Source: Octopus bimaculoides
Lineage: Eukaryota
Length of the DNA stretch: 64,000 nt
Reading direction: 5' to 3'
NCBI RefSeq assembly: GCF_001194135.2
Contig: NC_068992.1
Span: 10,253,162-10,317,161, forward strand
Below the pieces are notes generated by a model that was not told the DNA's origin, searched no databases, and saw only the letters and a list, made by a program, of their open reading frames with translations. Positions within the stretch are counted from its first letter, which is position 1. The number at the start of each line of letters is the position of its first letter. Both the position numbers and the translations under genes were made by a program. Below are positions 50,431-63,885 of the stretch, piece by piece.

Positions 50431-53059
50431 ATTTATATGATTTATTTAGCTTATGTGCATTTCAAATAGCTTGGCAAAACCCAAGCGCTAGCTATACATT
50501 GCCATATGCATATTTAATTGACCTTTCATTTCATCAGCTAAAATGCTGTAAAAGAAGAATAGTTAGGTGCCATGCTTTTCTTTTCAAACCCAGTGTCCAT
50601 GTCATAGGCAAGGAGAAGCATGTTTATCAAATCTGCTTAGTGTAATGGCAGCTAGTAGTTGTATGTATCTTGTCATGATAGAATTGTAATTCAATCTGTG
50701 ATGCCATTAAGTACAGCCTAATTAATAAAAGAAGACAAAATAAATTTACTAGAAGCATAAAAGAAAATCAGTGTCTATTAATAAAAATTTGCTTTTGACT
50801 GTTGGAAGAATTTATATTGAGTGAAATAACATTCATAAAATAAATAAAATATTGTGTATGTACTCATGCACACACATACACTCACACACACACATACACA
50901 CACACACACACACTTTTATCATTAGGGGAATTTACGTTAATTACATTAGTAGAATCAATAAATAAAAAAGTAATTCAAACTAATACACACTCACATACAT
51001 GTATTGTATAAATGCATACACATCTACACGCATACACATATACATATATACACACCCACATACATATGTGCAATAAACACATGCATGTGTTTGTGTTTGT
51101 GCATACATTCATATTCATACTTATATATGTGCATACATTCATAATACAAATCAGTATGGATTTACTCTGGATTTTGAACATTTTTTGTTGAGAGAAGTAT
51201 CAAAATTCTAACTTAACTAAAGGATAAAACAAACTGAGGGTATGGAAATCATTAGAATATGATACAGTGACTAAAGAATTAATTCTAATATCTGTCAGTT
51301 TGTGGATAATTTAGCATATCATTATATTTGTTAATCCCTATAAAGAAGTATATGCTATAATAGAGGATTAAGAAAATAAAATTAATATATTTATGTATTA
51401 GAATATACTAATAAGTAGCGTACACTTTTGAGAAAACCTAGAAAATTCTTTCATTTAAATATGAACACTGTAACATTAATTCATTACACTTATTTATTAG
51501 GTTTGAGCTGCATTTAAGGATTTACAGCATCTTGAGCCATAAATTTCATCCAACATTCTCTCCATTATATGGTAGGGCACTACTTATTACTGACCATTCA
51601 ATACAATATATAACATTATTCTCTTTGAGATTCGAAATAAACTTGCTTTATAATGTGACATTTTCTTTACTTTGTTATTTCAATTAAGACTTATGATTAT
51701 AGAAGCTAGATTTAAACTATGCTGTGGAAGTACCTATATAATATGATTATACATATGTTTTTTGCAGAGCATTTGTAAATGATATTCTTTCTTAAGCATT
51801 TGTCTTTCATTGGGCAGTCTTGATGGTTTCTACATTAACATAATTCATTAAATCTGTCATTAAATAAGTTTACATTCAATAGATTCATATTCCTCTTCTA
51901 ACCTGTCCATATCATGATTAGTAATGTGAGTGTATGCATACTTATGTGCATGTGTATAAATGTATGTATACATGTGTGTGTTCATACATGCATATATATA
52001 TATATATGGGTGTATATATGTATGTGCAGGTGTGTATATATTTATAAGTATTTATGCAATGCATGTATGTATGTATGTCTGTTTGGCTGTGTATGCCTGT
52101 GTATGAGTGAGTGTGTACATTTGGAACATTTTAATATTTATTATTTTTTTCATTTATTGATTTTTAAGTTATGTAATTTTACGTAATATAAATTCTCCCG
52201 GTGATCAAAGAGTGTGTGTATGAGTAAATACTTATGGCACATTTTATTTTGTTTATTTTATGGAATGTAATTTTACTTAATTTAAATTCACCCAACAGTC
52301 AAAAACATATTTTTCGTAATAGCTACTGATTTTCTTTTATAGTTTTAATAAGTCCATTTTGTCTTCTTCTCGTAATTAGGTTGTACTTAACGACATCACA
52401 AATCAAATTACAATCCTGTCATGACAAAATACACACAACTACTAGCTATCATTGACCATTTAGCATTTAAAACTGACCATATCCAGCTGAAATTTTCTAC
52501 CTGTTTTATGTTTAGAGTGGCCAGATCCAGCCTCTCAGATCTGCTGTATATATTTATTGTAAAAATAAACAATCACATTGTCAAAATCTCAAGGTGGTGA
52601 GATAACTCAGGATAAATAGAAAACAATCTGAATAAATAAGCATAACATTATACAAAGTAATCTGAACATGAAAGGGTTAGACTAGGTTGATGTGTTAAAC
52701 ATGAGTGCTTATCATGTGTTGACGCAACTCTTTCTTTCTCTTTTTCTCTCTCTGTCTCTCCCTTGTTCTCTCTCCAGCTTTCACATCCTTGGTGTGGCAC
52801 TGGGTCAAAGGGTAAAACTCTGAAGAGGGTCTCCATGTCTACCCATGACTATAGGTACCTAGACAGCTTAAAACAATTAGCAAAAACATGGTGCATACAG
52901 GTTCCTTCATTCCTTCTTATCGATACTCCAGTACCCACTTATCACAGACTGGCAAAGTCATTAGGGCTTTGCTGTATTTGCTCTGACACAGGGCACTGAG
53001 GTCAAATTTAGCTTACATCCTTTTATGGTTGATAATAAACATAAAATAATAAATAAATG

Positions 53060-53310
53060 CACCCTTTTAAAGCCTAGCCAGGCTCATGGGCCCGGTTTTC
53101 CAGTTTGAATGGCATATGTGTTCCCCAGCTGGATGGGATGCCAGTCCATTGCAATGTTACTCATTTTTGCCAGCTGAGAGGACTGAAGCAACGGTGAAAA
53201 TGAAGTGTTTTGCTCAAGAACACAACGCATCACCCGGTCCAGGAATCGAAGCCACAATCTTACGATCATGGTGCTGACACCCTAACCACTAAGCCACACA
53301 CCTCCACGAT
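53060..53310 (-). mobile_element. tRNA-derived SINE (related to 9725-9966)
   Basis: Reverse complement of the head gtggcttagtggttagggtgtcagcac and the 3' module ...gggcccatgagcctggctaggctttaaaag. Confidence 0.75.
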
Positions 53311-53782
53311 AATAAACATAACCAAGGGGAAATCATTGTTGGAACTGTATAGGTTTTGGACCACATGCCTTGTGCAGTATTTGTTCTGTGTTCAAATTTT
53401 GTCATGGCCTATTTGGTGGTGGTCGTGTGTGTGTGTGGGAGATTTCTTCTGTCACCCAGCTAAAAGCCATCATCTAGTGCTTTGCTTTACCTTTAACCAA
53501 ATCCTCTCTGTTGCAGGTATTTGTGCCTGATTTCAGGTTTGAGACAATCACCATCACTCCCTGCTGTATGTCTAGGAAACCTTCCAAAAAGGGTCATGAG
53601 TACTGCCTTCGCAAGCGGCACTCTCTGGCCTCCCCCTATACATAAATTCAAACCATTCTTCCGCTTGTTAGTAATCTAACAGCCTCATGTTTCTTACTCC
53701 ATTTATACCATTCTTCCATTCGTCTTCTTTCAAAGTTCACCAAACACATTTCCATCTTCTACATGAATTGTAATGTTTTGTC

Positions 53783-53846
<64 letters not shown>

Positions 53847-54914
53847 TATTACTATTATTATTATTATTATAAATAAAAGAATTATTATTATCCTTTCATC
53901 ATCATCNNNNNNNNNNNNNNNNNNNNNNNNNNNNNNNNNNNNNNNNNNNNNNNNNNNNNNNNNNNNNNNNNNNNNNNNNNNNNNNNNNNNNNNNNNNNNN
54001 NNNNNNNNNNNNNNNNNNNNNNNNNNNNNNNNNNNNNNNNNNNNNNNNNNNNNNNNNNNNNNNNNNNNNNNNNNNNNNNNNNNNNNNNNNNNNNNNNNNN
54101 NNNNNNNNNNNNNNNNNNNNNNNNNNNNNNNNNNNNNNNNNNNNNNNNNNNNNNNNNNNNNNNNNNNNNNNNNNNNNNNNNNNNNNNNNNNNNNNNNNNN
54201 NNNNNNNNNNNNNNNNNNNNNNNNNNNNNNNNNNNNNNNNNNNNNNNNNNNNNNNNNNNNNNNNNNNNNNNNNNNNNNNNNNNNNNNNNNNNNNNNNNNN
54301 NNNNNNNNNNNNNNNNNNNNNNNNNNNNNNNNNNNNNNNNNNNNNNNNNNNNNNNNNNNNNNNNNNNNNNNNNNNNNNNNNNNNNNNNNNNNNNNNNNNN
54401 NNNNNNNNNNNNNNNNNNNNNNNNNNNNNNNNNNNNNNNNNNNNNNNNNNNNNNNNNNNNNNNNNNNNNNNNNNNNNNNNNNNNNNNNNNNNNNNNNNNN
54501 NNNNNNNNNNNNNNNNNNNNNNNNNNNNNNNNNNNNNNNNNNNNNNNNNNNNNNNNNNNNNNNNNNNNNNNNNNNNNNNNNNNNNNNNNNATAGCAAACA
54601 AAAACAAAGGAATATTGACAAAAGGCAAGATTGAACAAAATAAAGTATAACAAAAAGATGCTATTTAATTTTTCTTTCAGAAGTTTGAATGACTTTGGCT
54701 TTTGGTAGCTTCAAACATATTTCCTATAGAAATTTTATTTCTTTTCAAGTTTCCTTCGTTTTTTTTTTATTATGCTTTTTATTTTTTGTTTGTTCACATT
54801 CGACTTCTTTGGAAAGTTAATTCTTTGAAACAGAAGTTTCTAGATTAAAGTTTAACAATCATCATCATTTTCAATTGTATCACTTCATCACAATGGACAG
54901 AGTGTGTATGTGTA

Positions 54915-54951
<37 letters not shown>

Positions 54952-56054
54952 TAGATAGATATATATATATAGAGAGGGGCAAAGAAAGAGAGATGAAATA
55001 GTTACTTCAGTTGATCACTGTGACCTCTTACTTACCCCCACTCTGTATATGGACATAAGGAATTAGAAGGTGTAAAAGAAAAACAGAAAATAACCAAAAA
55101 GAATCTAAAAATTATAACATTCAGGACACTTGGTGGTGAAAATGAAAATCACATTGAAAGCATTGCTTTATAAAATATTATTTTATATTATAAATTAACC
55201 AGTACAATTTAAGTATGAATAGCAAAATATAATATCAAAAGCACGTATCTTAGAGAGGAAAAAGCTCATTCAAATGGGACTAAAAACACATACGTATCAC
55301 TTTCTGGGAATCTATGTTGTCAATTAGACTGCAAATTGAATGCTATTTGTGCCTCTTAAATTAACCCATAAAGCACTGGGATTTGCACTTAGATAGTATG
55401 GACTGCTGAGCACATTTTATGAAAATGAGATTACCTTGCAGACATAAAAAACAAAAAAAAAATAGTTAAAATATCTTCTTAGTATATAATGGTGGCAAGT
55501 TTTACATCATCTGAAAAGTTGTTAGTTGAACTATTAGTCCTCATGCATTCTGGCGGGTATCGGAGCGTTTGAGTGACATTAGACTCCAAGAAATCTCATA
55601 AATTAAATGCATCTATCTGGGCCATGATCGTGGCCTCAGCCAAGATTATGGCCCATCGTGCTTTATGTGTTAAATTCCATAAATGCTGTATTATCTTTTG
55701 TTTCAACTCTATTGTTATATCTCCTCAAGTTTGTCTCTTGTTTCTCAGAGAATTGGCCAGCTACTTAGCATTTGCTGGATAAGTTATTTTAGGAATGTCA
55801 GACATAGCAAGCTGTCTTTCCTGTATAAGTTTGAGATTTGTGATGGTAAATGAACTGTGAATATAAAGAAATCATAAATTAATAGTTGCATTTTGAATGT
55901 AAATGATCTTAGAGACAATAAGCAACAGATTGAGCTGGGAAAAAGGAGAAAGAAAATAAAGAGAAGACACAAACTCATGGTAACGCTTGGACAATATACA
56001 CATTGCATATTATTTACATAAAATTCTTAGCAATTAAAATATATATAATATGCA

Positions 56055-56088
<34 letters not shown>

Positions 56089-56241
56089 AATGACCATCAT
56101 TAATGGTAGAGATGCACAACAGATTTCTTTCAAAATAGTGCTCAATACATAATAATTAAATATATTTTTGATTCAGAGCAAATTACAGCTGTTTTGGCCT
56201 CCTAATTTTATCAAATGGTGTTTTTTACATGCCACCTGCAG

Positions 56242-56272
<31 letters not shown>

Positions 56273-56310
56273 CAAATGTGTTTCTATATTTACATCTATT
56301 TAAATCTCTT

Positions 56311-56343
<33 letters not shown>

Positions 56344-56539
56344 GTGTATGTATGTATATCTATGTGTGTGTGTGTGTGTGTGTTCTTGATGAAAAGTAGG
56401 TTGAACCAGATCATACTTATTTCCTATTGAATATAATTTTTTTTTTTGTTAGGTTGTTTAAAGTCTTTATAATAATATTTCCCTGAAATATATCCTGTTT
56501 TAACAACCTTTTACCATCCTTCATTATCTAATAAAATCT

Positions 56540-57226
56540 CGTTTCTCTTTGTTTTCATTTACGAATATCATTTTGCATATTTTGCTTAATTCTTCACCTT
56601 CATTGCACAAGGTTTTATATCAACATTTATACCAAATTTGTTTTTCATTTTCATTTCCATGGTTGCTTTATGTGATGTGGTTTTGTTATGAACCTAACGT
56701 TGGTGAGTGCCATCCTTGGCCCTCTGAAAGTCACCAGAAGAGAAGCTGTTTATGCAGTTCCTTATTGCTATGGACATTTGCATAGTTAACGGGATCCTGA
56801 ATGCGTAGACAAAGATTGGTTGTTTTGTTTTATGTAGTATTCATAGCAAACTGTGATTTGATTCATTGCTGCATCCAAGCACTTGATAAATACCAGATTC
56901 GTTGCTACTGTTGTCTCCAGGTTGATTTTTTTTACGAAAGGGGGTGCAGTTTGTTTCCCTCAGCAAATTGAGTTCATTAGGCCACTGTCCCTGTAAAAGC
57001 TTATAGTAATTATCTTTTGTCGTTTACTTGTTTCGCTCATTTGACTGTGGCCATGCTGGGGCATAGCCTTGAAGTGTTTAATCAAACAAATCAACACCAG
57101 TGCTCATTTTTAAATCTGGCATTTATTCTATCAGTCTCTTTTGTGAAACCACTAAGTTACGAGGACAGGAACAAAGCAGTACTGGTTAACAAGCAGTGGT
57201 GGGGGACAAACACAAAGACACACAAA

Positions 57227-57274
<48 letters not shown>

Positions 57275-57725
57275 ATTGGTTGGCAGTGGCTTGGCGCTAT
57301 AGTAGAAAGCACTTGCCTAAGGTGCCATGCAGTAGGACTGAACCTGCAACCACATGATTTTGAAGTGAACTTCTTAACCACACAATCACGCCTGTGTCAA
57401 TACTTAGGAAGAACAGACTCTTTGAGAGTATTGTAAGCATTTTAGTTGGCTATGTTGTGTGTGCTGAGTACATTTGCTGTTGGTTTTGCTTGTGTAGCGA
57501 CACTGTTTTATACATTGTTGTGGGATTTTTCATAAATTTCTGTTATGCTATTATATAGCAAGGTATTATGGGTTCTTACGCACCTCATATAAACTAGTTT
57601 TGTTCTGTCCACAAAGACGAACACGTGGTTGGAAAGAATTTATTGTTTTTTATGTTCCTCCTGCAGCTTCTGTTGGTATTTGAAGGTTGTGTTTCAGAAT
57701 TTCATGGTTTTCATTATGTTTAGAA
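56540..57725 (-). pseudogene. Penelope-like element remnant, interrupted by a SINE
   Basis: 57430-57720 minus strand: NIMKTMKF*NTTFKYQQKLQEEHKKQ*ILSNHVFVFVDRTKLVYMRCVRTHNTLLYNSITEIYEKSHNNV*NSVATQAK...NAYNTLK. This resembles the PLE pre-RT region (FV.ADKT...Y..LL..NIT..Y.K...A.ITLKDHK) as I recall it. The portion below 57000 is less clearly alignable. Confidence 0.55.
57022..57385 (-). mobile_element. Older tRNA-derived SINE copy
   Basis: Reverse complement of the 13727/31842 family with an internal (CA)n. Confidence 0.7.
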
Positions 57726-58124
57726 CATCATATTCAAATATATCTGCAAGAGAACATAAATAAAATAGTGTGCTCTTACAATCCTCCATTCATATTTACC
57801 CTATAAATAAACACACACATACACACATGCACATACATACACATACAATGTCATAAATGACACACAAGCTTGTGTCAGTATAATGGATGCAGCAAAAAGA
57901 AAGTAGTGTGTGTGTGTGTGTGTGTGGTTGAATGATGCTTTCTTTGTGCATTTTTCAATAAAGGCCTCTTTGACTAGCAGTTCTGGGTCTTCTGTATCCT
58001 AGATTCCTTTTGACATTTGGTCTGTCATTCTTGGAAGCAGGACTCAATACTTCCACAGCTTTACATTACAGGTACTCATTTGTGAATCCATTTGATTTTT
58101 CCCAAATCATTTTACTAAGTTATT

Positions 58125-58585
58125 CTTGTTTAATCCCTGGTGAGCCCTGATTAAGTAAACCTATTTCAGTGGTGTTCCCTCCATGACCATCTCATCTTAT
58201 TTCCATGAACAGTGCTGAGTTGTTGTCATTGTCATTTTTAGCCCCAGGTCAACAGTATTTGAGAAGTCCTTTGATCAGTAATGATCCAGCCATGACCATC
58301 TCTTGTTTTGAAGAATACTGTTGAGTTTTTGTTGTTGTTTTGCTCCAGATCAGACTTGATTGAGCAATGCTATGACCAATAACGTTCCTGCCATGGCCAC
58401 CTCATCTGATTCTTGTGAGCAACGTTCAGTCGATGTTGTTTAACCCCAGGTCAGCTCTGATTGAGCCAGCCTATGGTCAACAATGTTCCATACATGACCA
58501 CCACATCATATTTTCTGGTTTATTGAGTTGTTGCTGTTGTTGTTGTTGTTGTTTAACCTCAAGCCAATTATGACTGAGCAGACTT
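58125..58585. repeat. Head-to-tail array of ~100-bp units (about 5) of a dispersed short repeat
   Basis: Unit gttgttgtt-taaccccaggtcag..ctgattgagcag.cctatg.tcaa....ttccagccatgaccatc. Single copies at 27890, 28380 and 29450, and reversed at 17205-17275. Confidence 0.7.
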
Positions 58586-58609
58586 AACTAAGCCATGTTA
58601 TTGTGCCTC

Positions 58610-58610
58610 C

Positions 58611-58669
<59 letters not shown>

Positions 58670-58673
58670 GTTA

Positions 58674-58767
<94 letters not shown>

Positions 58768-59215
58768 CATAATAATTATTATTTTGGTTTGGCCTAGGTT
58801 CAGTCTTATTCCTGGTAGGGTTTATGTGGGTAGTGAGTTACTACCTATAACCTTAGGTATCCATAAGTTTTCAGCTGTCTTTCAAGTGCTTAGAACCCTT
58901 CTGATAATCCTTGCGGTCCCTAAGAGAAAAAACTTTCTGTAGGAGGCTTCAGTTATTGCAGACATGACCTTTACTGTTTTCATACTCCAAATTCTTCCTA
59001 TTTAAAATTTTAAGGAGTTGTATTTTCTTTTGTTTCTCATCCTCTTTCTTTATCATCCAAGAATCAAACGGCCATGATGGGTTGATTAGTAAGCAACTTC
59101 ACTTTTCCTTATCTATAATTGCTATGTCTGGTCTATTAGTTTCTAATTTCTTGTCTGTTTGAATAGGAAAGTCCCACAAAATCCTGCATTTCTCTGATCC
59201 CAGTACTCTTTCGAC
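58610..59215 (-). mobile_element. R4/Dong-type (RLE) non-LTR retrotransposon 3' end with (TAA)n tail
   Basis: Minus-strand translation EKCRILWDFPIQTDKKLETNRPDIAIIDKEK*SCLLINPS, frameshift, then IGRIWSMKTVKV...LLGTARIIRRVLST*. This is the restriction-like endonuclease motif RPDI..D and the terminal LLGTA.ILR. The long (TAA)n is at 58610-58780. Confidence 0.85.
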
Positions 59216-59264
59216 TTTATGATTGTACTATGTGTTTCCTGCTTCAAATCCCCATTTCTGGCAT

Positions 59265-59357
<93 letters not shown>

Positions 59358-59585
59358 TTATGTTTGACTTTTGTTTTGTATTTGTACAAGTTGGATCCAA
59401 GTCTCACCCAGAGACCTCAAGAGACAACAAGTTAGAAGTTCATGTAGGTGTTATGCCTAGGGTACCATATATTTGAATTTGTACAGTTTTGATCTAGTGA
59501 ATGTTTAAGAAACCATAAGAAAATTATGTGTTTGTTTTAAAATTTGAGATCACATAGACAGTATTTTACGTAGGATATTATTATT
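59265..59585 (-). mobile_element. Short 3' end of a second R4/Dong-like LINE
   Basis: Minus strand ILRKILSM* followed by a UTR (ctcttgaggtctctgggtgagacttgga...) and a (TAA)n/(TGA)n tail. Confidence 0.55.
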
Positions 59586-60213
59586 ATTATTATTATNNNN
59601 NNNNNNNNNNNNNNNNNNNNNNNNNNNNNNNNNNNNNNNNNNNNNNNNNNNNNNNNNNNNNNNNNNNNNNNNNNNNNNNNNNNNNNNNNNNNNNNNNNNN
59701 NNNNNNNNNNNNNNNNNNNNNNNNNNNNNNNNNNNNNNNNNNNNNNNNNNNNNNNNNNNNNNNNNNNNNNNNNNNNNNNNNNNNNNNNNNNNNNNNNNNN
59801 NNNNNNNNNNNNNNNNNNNNNNNNNNNNNNNNNNNNNNNNNNNNNNNNNNNNNNNNNNNNNNNNNNNNNNNNNNNNNNNNNNNNNNNNNNNNNNNNNNNN
59901 NNNNNNNNNNNNNNNNNNNNNNNNNNNNNNNNNNNNNNNNNNNNNNNNNNNNNNNNNNNNNNNNNNNNNNNNNNNNNNNNNNNNNNNNNNNNNNNNNNNN
60001 NNNNNNNNNNNNNNNNNNNNNNNNNNNNNNNNNNNNNNNNNNNNNNNNNNNNNNNNNNNNNNNNNNNNNNNNNNNNNNNNNNNNNNNNNNNNNNNNNNNN
60101 NNNNNNNNNNNNNNNNNNNNNNNNNNNNNNNNNNNNNNNNNNNNNNNNNNNNNNNNNNNNNNNNNNNNNNNNNNNNNNNNNNNNNNNNNNNNNNNNNNNN
60201 NNNNNNNNNNNNN

Positions 60214-60566
60214 TACCAACGTCGCCTCCCTGGCACTTGTGCCAGTGGCACGTTAAGGGACATTCAAGCGAGATCGTTGCCAGTGCTGAGATGGACTGGC
60301 TCCTGTGCAGGTGGCACGTAAAATACACCATTTCAAGCGTGGCTGTCGCCAGTACTGCCTGACTGGCCCTCGTGCCGGTGGCACGTAAAAGCACCCACTA
60401 CACTCTCTGAGTGGTTGGCATTAGGAAGGGCATCTGGCTGTAGAAACTCTGCCAAATCAGATTGGAGCCTGGTGTAGCCATCTGGATTCACCAGTCGTCA
60501 GTCGAATCGTCCAACCCATGCTAGCATGGAAAGCAGATGTTAAACAACGATGATGATGATGATGAT
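60214..60566 (+). mobile_element. RTE-LINE 3' tail repeat, longer copy
   Basis: Matches 698-972, including gcgagatcgttgccagtgc...ggactggctc.tgtgc.ggtggcac. Confidence 0.8.
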
Positions 60567-60989
60567 GGCATTTTATCCTTTCAGGGTTGATAAATTGATG
60601 TAATCTTGGGATGATGTAATCGACTGGACCCCACCCCCATAATTTCAGACTTTATACTTAAAATAGAAAGAATTATTACAGCATTGTACTCATTTTGTTT
60701 TTCCTTATTTATTTTCAAACCCTGAGCAGGCTTCAAAATATTTCCACTGATGATACTCTTCAACTCACATCTTAAACAATTCTTTTATTGCAATCATTTA
60801 CTCAGATTTATTTCATTTAAACATTACTTGTGTGTGTGTGTGTGTGTGTGTGCGTGTGCATGTGCGTGCATGTGTGTGTGTGTGTGTGTGTGTGCGTGTG
60901 CATGTGCGTGCATGTGTGTGTGTCTGCGTTCAGTATGCACATTCAAATATATGCACACACACATGTATATAATTATACCTATACATACA

Positions 60990-61043
<54 letters not shown>

Positions 61044-61668
61044 NNNNNNNNNNNNNNNNNNNNNNNNNNNNNNNNNNNNNNNNNNNNNNNNNNNNNNNNN
61101 NNNNNNNNNNNNNNNNNNNNNNNNNNNNNNNNNNNNNNNNNNNNNNNNNNNNNNNNNNNNNNNNNNNNNNNNNNNNNNNNNNNNNNNNNNNNNNNNNNNN
61201 NNNNNNNNNNNNNNNNNNNNNNNNNNNNNNNNNNNNNNNNNNNNNNNNNNNNNNNNNNNNNNNNNNNNNNNNNNNNNNNNNNNNNNNNNNNNNNNNNNNN
61301 NNNNNNNNNNNNNNNNNNNNNNNNNNNNNNNNNNNNNNNNNNNNNNNNNNNNNNNNNNNNNNNNNNNNNNNNNNNNNNNNNNNNNNNNNNNNNNNNNNNN
61401 NNNNNNNNNNNNNNNNNNNNNNNNNNNNNNNNNNNNNNNNNNNNNNNNNNNNNNNNNNNNNNNNNNNNNNNNNNNNNNNNNNNNNNNNNNNNNNNNNNNN
61501 NNNNNNNNNNNNNNNNNNNNNNNNNNNNNNNNNNNNNNNNNNNNNNNNNNNNNNNNNNNNNNNNNNNNNNNNNNNNNNNNNNNNNNNNNNNNNNNNNNNN
61601 NNNNNNNNNNNNNNNNNNNNNNNNNNNNNNNNNNNNNNNNNNNNNNNNNNNNNNNNNNNNNNNNNNNT

Positions 61669-61733
61669 TATTATTATTATTTTTATTATTATTTTTATTT
61701 TTATTATTTTTATTATTATTATTTTTATTATTA

Positions 61734-61771
<38 letters not shown>

Positions 61772-61797
61772 TTTTATTATTATTATGATTATTATTA

Positions 61798-61830
<33 letters not shown>

Positions 61831-63389
61831 TTTATTTTTATTATTATTATTATTATTATTGCTACTGTCCCTTATATCTTGAGCCCTCATGGCCAATAAA
61901 AAAATATAATTGTCTTTTTTTATTTGTAGTAGTAGTATTTTGTGTTTCTTGGAGCCTAACTAGATCTTGACTAAGGATTGCTAAATATAGTGTTTAGAAT
62001 CAGCTCTGTGAGAACTTTTATGGAACGTTCGGTTTCATATAAGGAGAAAACGATGCAGAAGAAGAAATTAGAAAAGGAAAAATACTAGGGAGAAGTAAAA
62101 GAAAAAAAAAAAACAGGAGGTGAAAAAAAAGGAAGAAGAGAAAAAAGGATTAGATAATAGAGAAGAGGAAAAAGGAGAAAATAAAGAGAAGAAAAATGGT
62201 AAGATAAGTAGAAGAGGAAAAACAAAATTGTTTCTCTTTTTATTATGGAGATAGAGAAGACATTTATGTTTGGGTAAAATGAAAATAGTAATAATAATTC
62301 TTTCATTTTATTTGCCATCAGGGTACTTTTGTTCATACAATAAAATGCAAAACATATATAGAAAGATGTTACAAAAATACTTGGTGTGAGTAAAAGAACG
62401 TTAATATCAAAAAATCAAGAGCATTGGCAAAGGCTTTGCAAAATATATTTAAGATATTTTTGTTCTGCATTTATCAGATGAGTTATTGGATAATCCTATG
62501 ACTTCAGGTTCAGTCCTCTTTCACAGCACTTTGATGGAAACTGAAAGGAAGTCTGTCTTATGTATATATATATGTATATAGACGTTTGCTACTGATGATG
62601 CTCAAAGAAGCATAAATGCATATTTCATAATCCCATCACTGTTGCTAGGCCCTTTCCACCTGCTACTCATACATTGCTGTGTTTGTGTGGCTCTACACAT
62701 TTATATACTCTTTTACTCTTTTACTTGTTTCAGTCATTTGACTGCAGCCATGCTGGAGCACCGCCTTTTAGTTGAGCAAATTGACCCCAGGACTTATTCT
62801 TTGTAAGCCTAGTACTTATTCTATCGGTCTCTTTTGCCGAGCCGCTAAGTTATGGGGGCGTAAACACACCAGCATCGGTTGTCAAGCAATGTTGGGGGGA
62901 CAAACACATACATATATACGACGGTCTTTCAGTTTCCGTCTACCAAATCTACTCAAGGCTTTGGTCGGCCCGAGGCTATAGTAGAAGACAAAAAAAAAAA
63001 AACTGTTAAGTAGTTTGTCCAGCTTGCTAAAGATTCTGTCAGCTCGTCGTAAATGATGACGCATGTCAAATGCAAAACCGGATGTAACAAACAGCTGATA
63101 GCACTACTACATAATATATATTTTATACAATGCAGTATATATATATTAAATCTAGAGTAATTTCTAAATTTCAATAGTCAGAACTATTTATAATGATGCT
63201 CGTGACCATAATAAATGACAGGATCNNNNNNNNNNNNNNNNNNNNNNNNNNNNNNNNNNNNNNNNNNNNNNNNNNNNNNNNNNNNNNNNNNNNNNNNNNN
63301 NNNNNNNNNNNNNNNNNNNNNNNNNAAGAAGAAGAATGATAATGTATCATAATATATAATAACAACACTAGTAACAGTAATAGTAATGA

Positions 63390-63423
<34 letters not shown>

Positions 63424-63785
63424 GATGGTGATGATGATGATGAAAATAACGATATTGTTTTGTCTTTTACTCTTTGACTTATCCTTGAACTTTTTGGCAA
63501 TCAATAAGTAATCTGAGCTGATAAAGGAAATACACTCGATAATGGATACCCTTGTTCCTTCTGTTGAAAATAACAGCTTCAAATGCTTCGAATGTGAGTC
63601 TGTCCAATAGCTTTTCCACCTTCTGTTATCATTATTATTATTATTATTATCATTATTATTAGTCTTATTCTTATTCTTATTCTTATTTTTTATTATTATT
63701 ATTTTTATTATTATTATTTTTATTATTATTATTTTTATTATTATTTTTATTTTTATTATTTTTATTATTATTATTTTTATTATTA

Positions 63786-63826
<41 letters not shown>

Positions 63827-63852
63827 TTTTATTATTATTATGATTATTATTA

Positions 63853-63885
<33 letters not shown>

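Noticed and set aside
3889-63582. Long ORFs in the supplied track ([18 protein letters not shown], poly-I/Y/D/M, X-runs)
   Set aside because: They are translations of microsatellites or run through N-gaps, with no protein signal.
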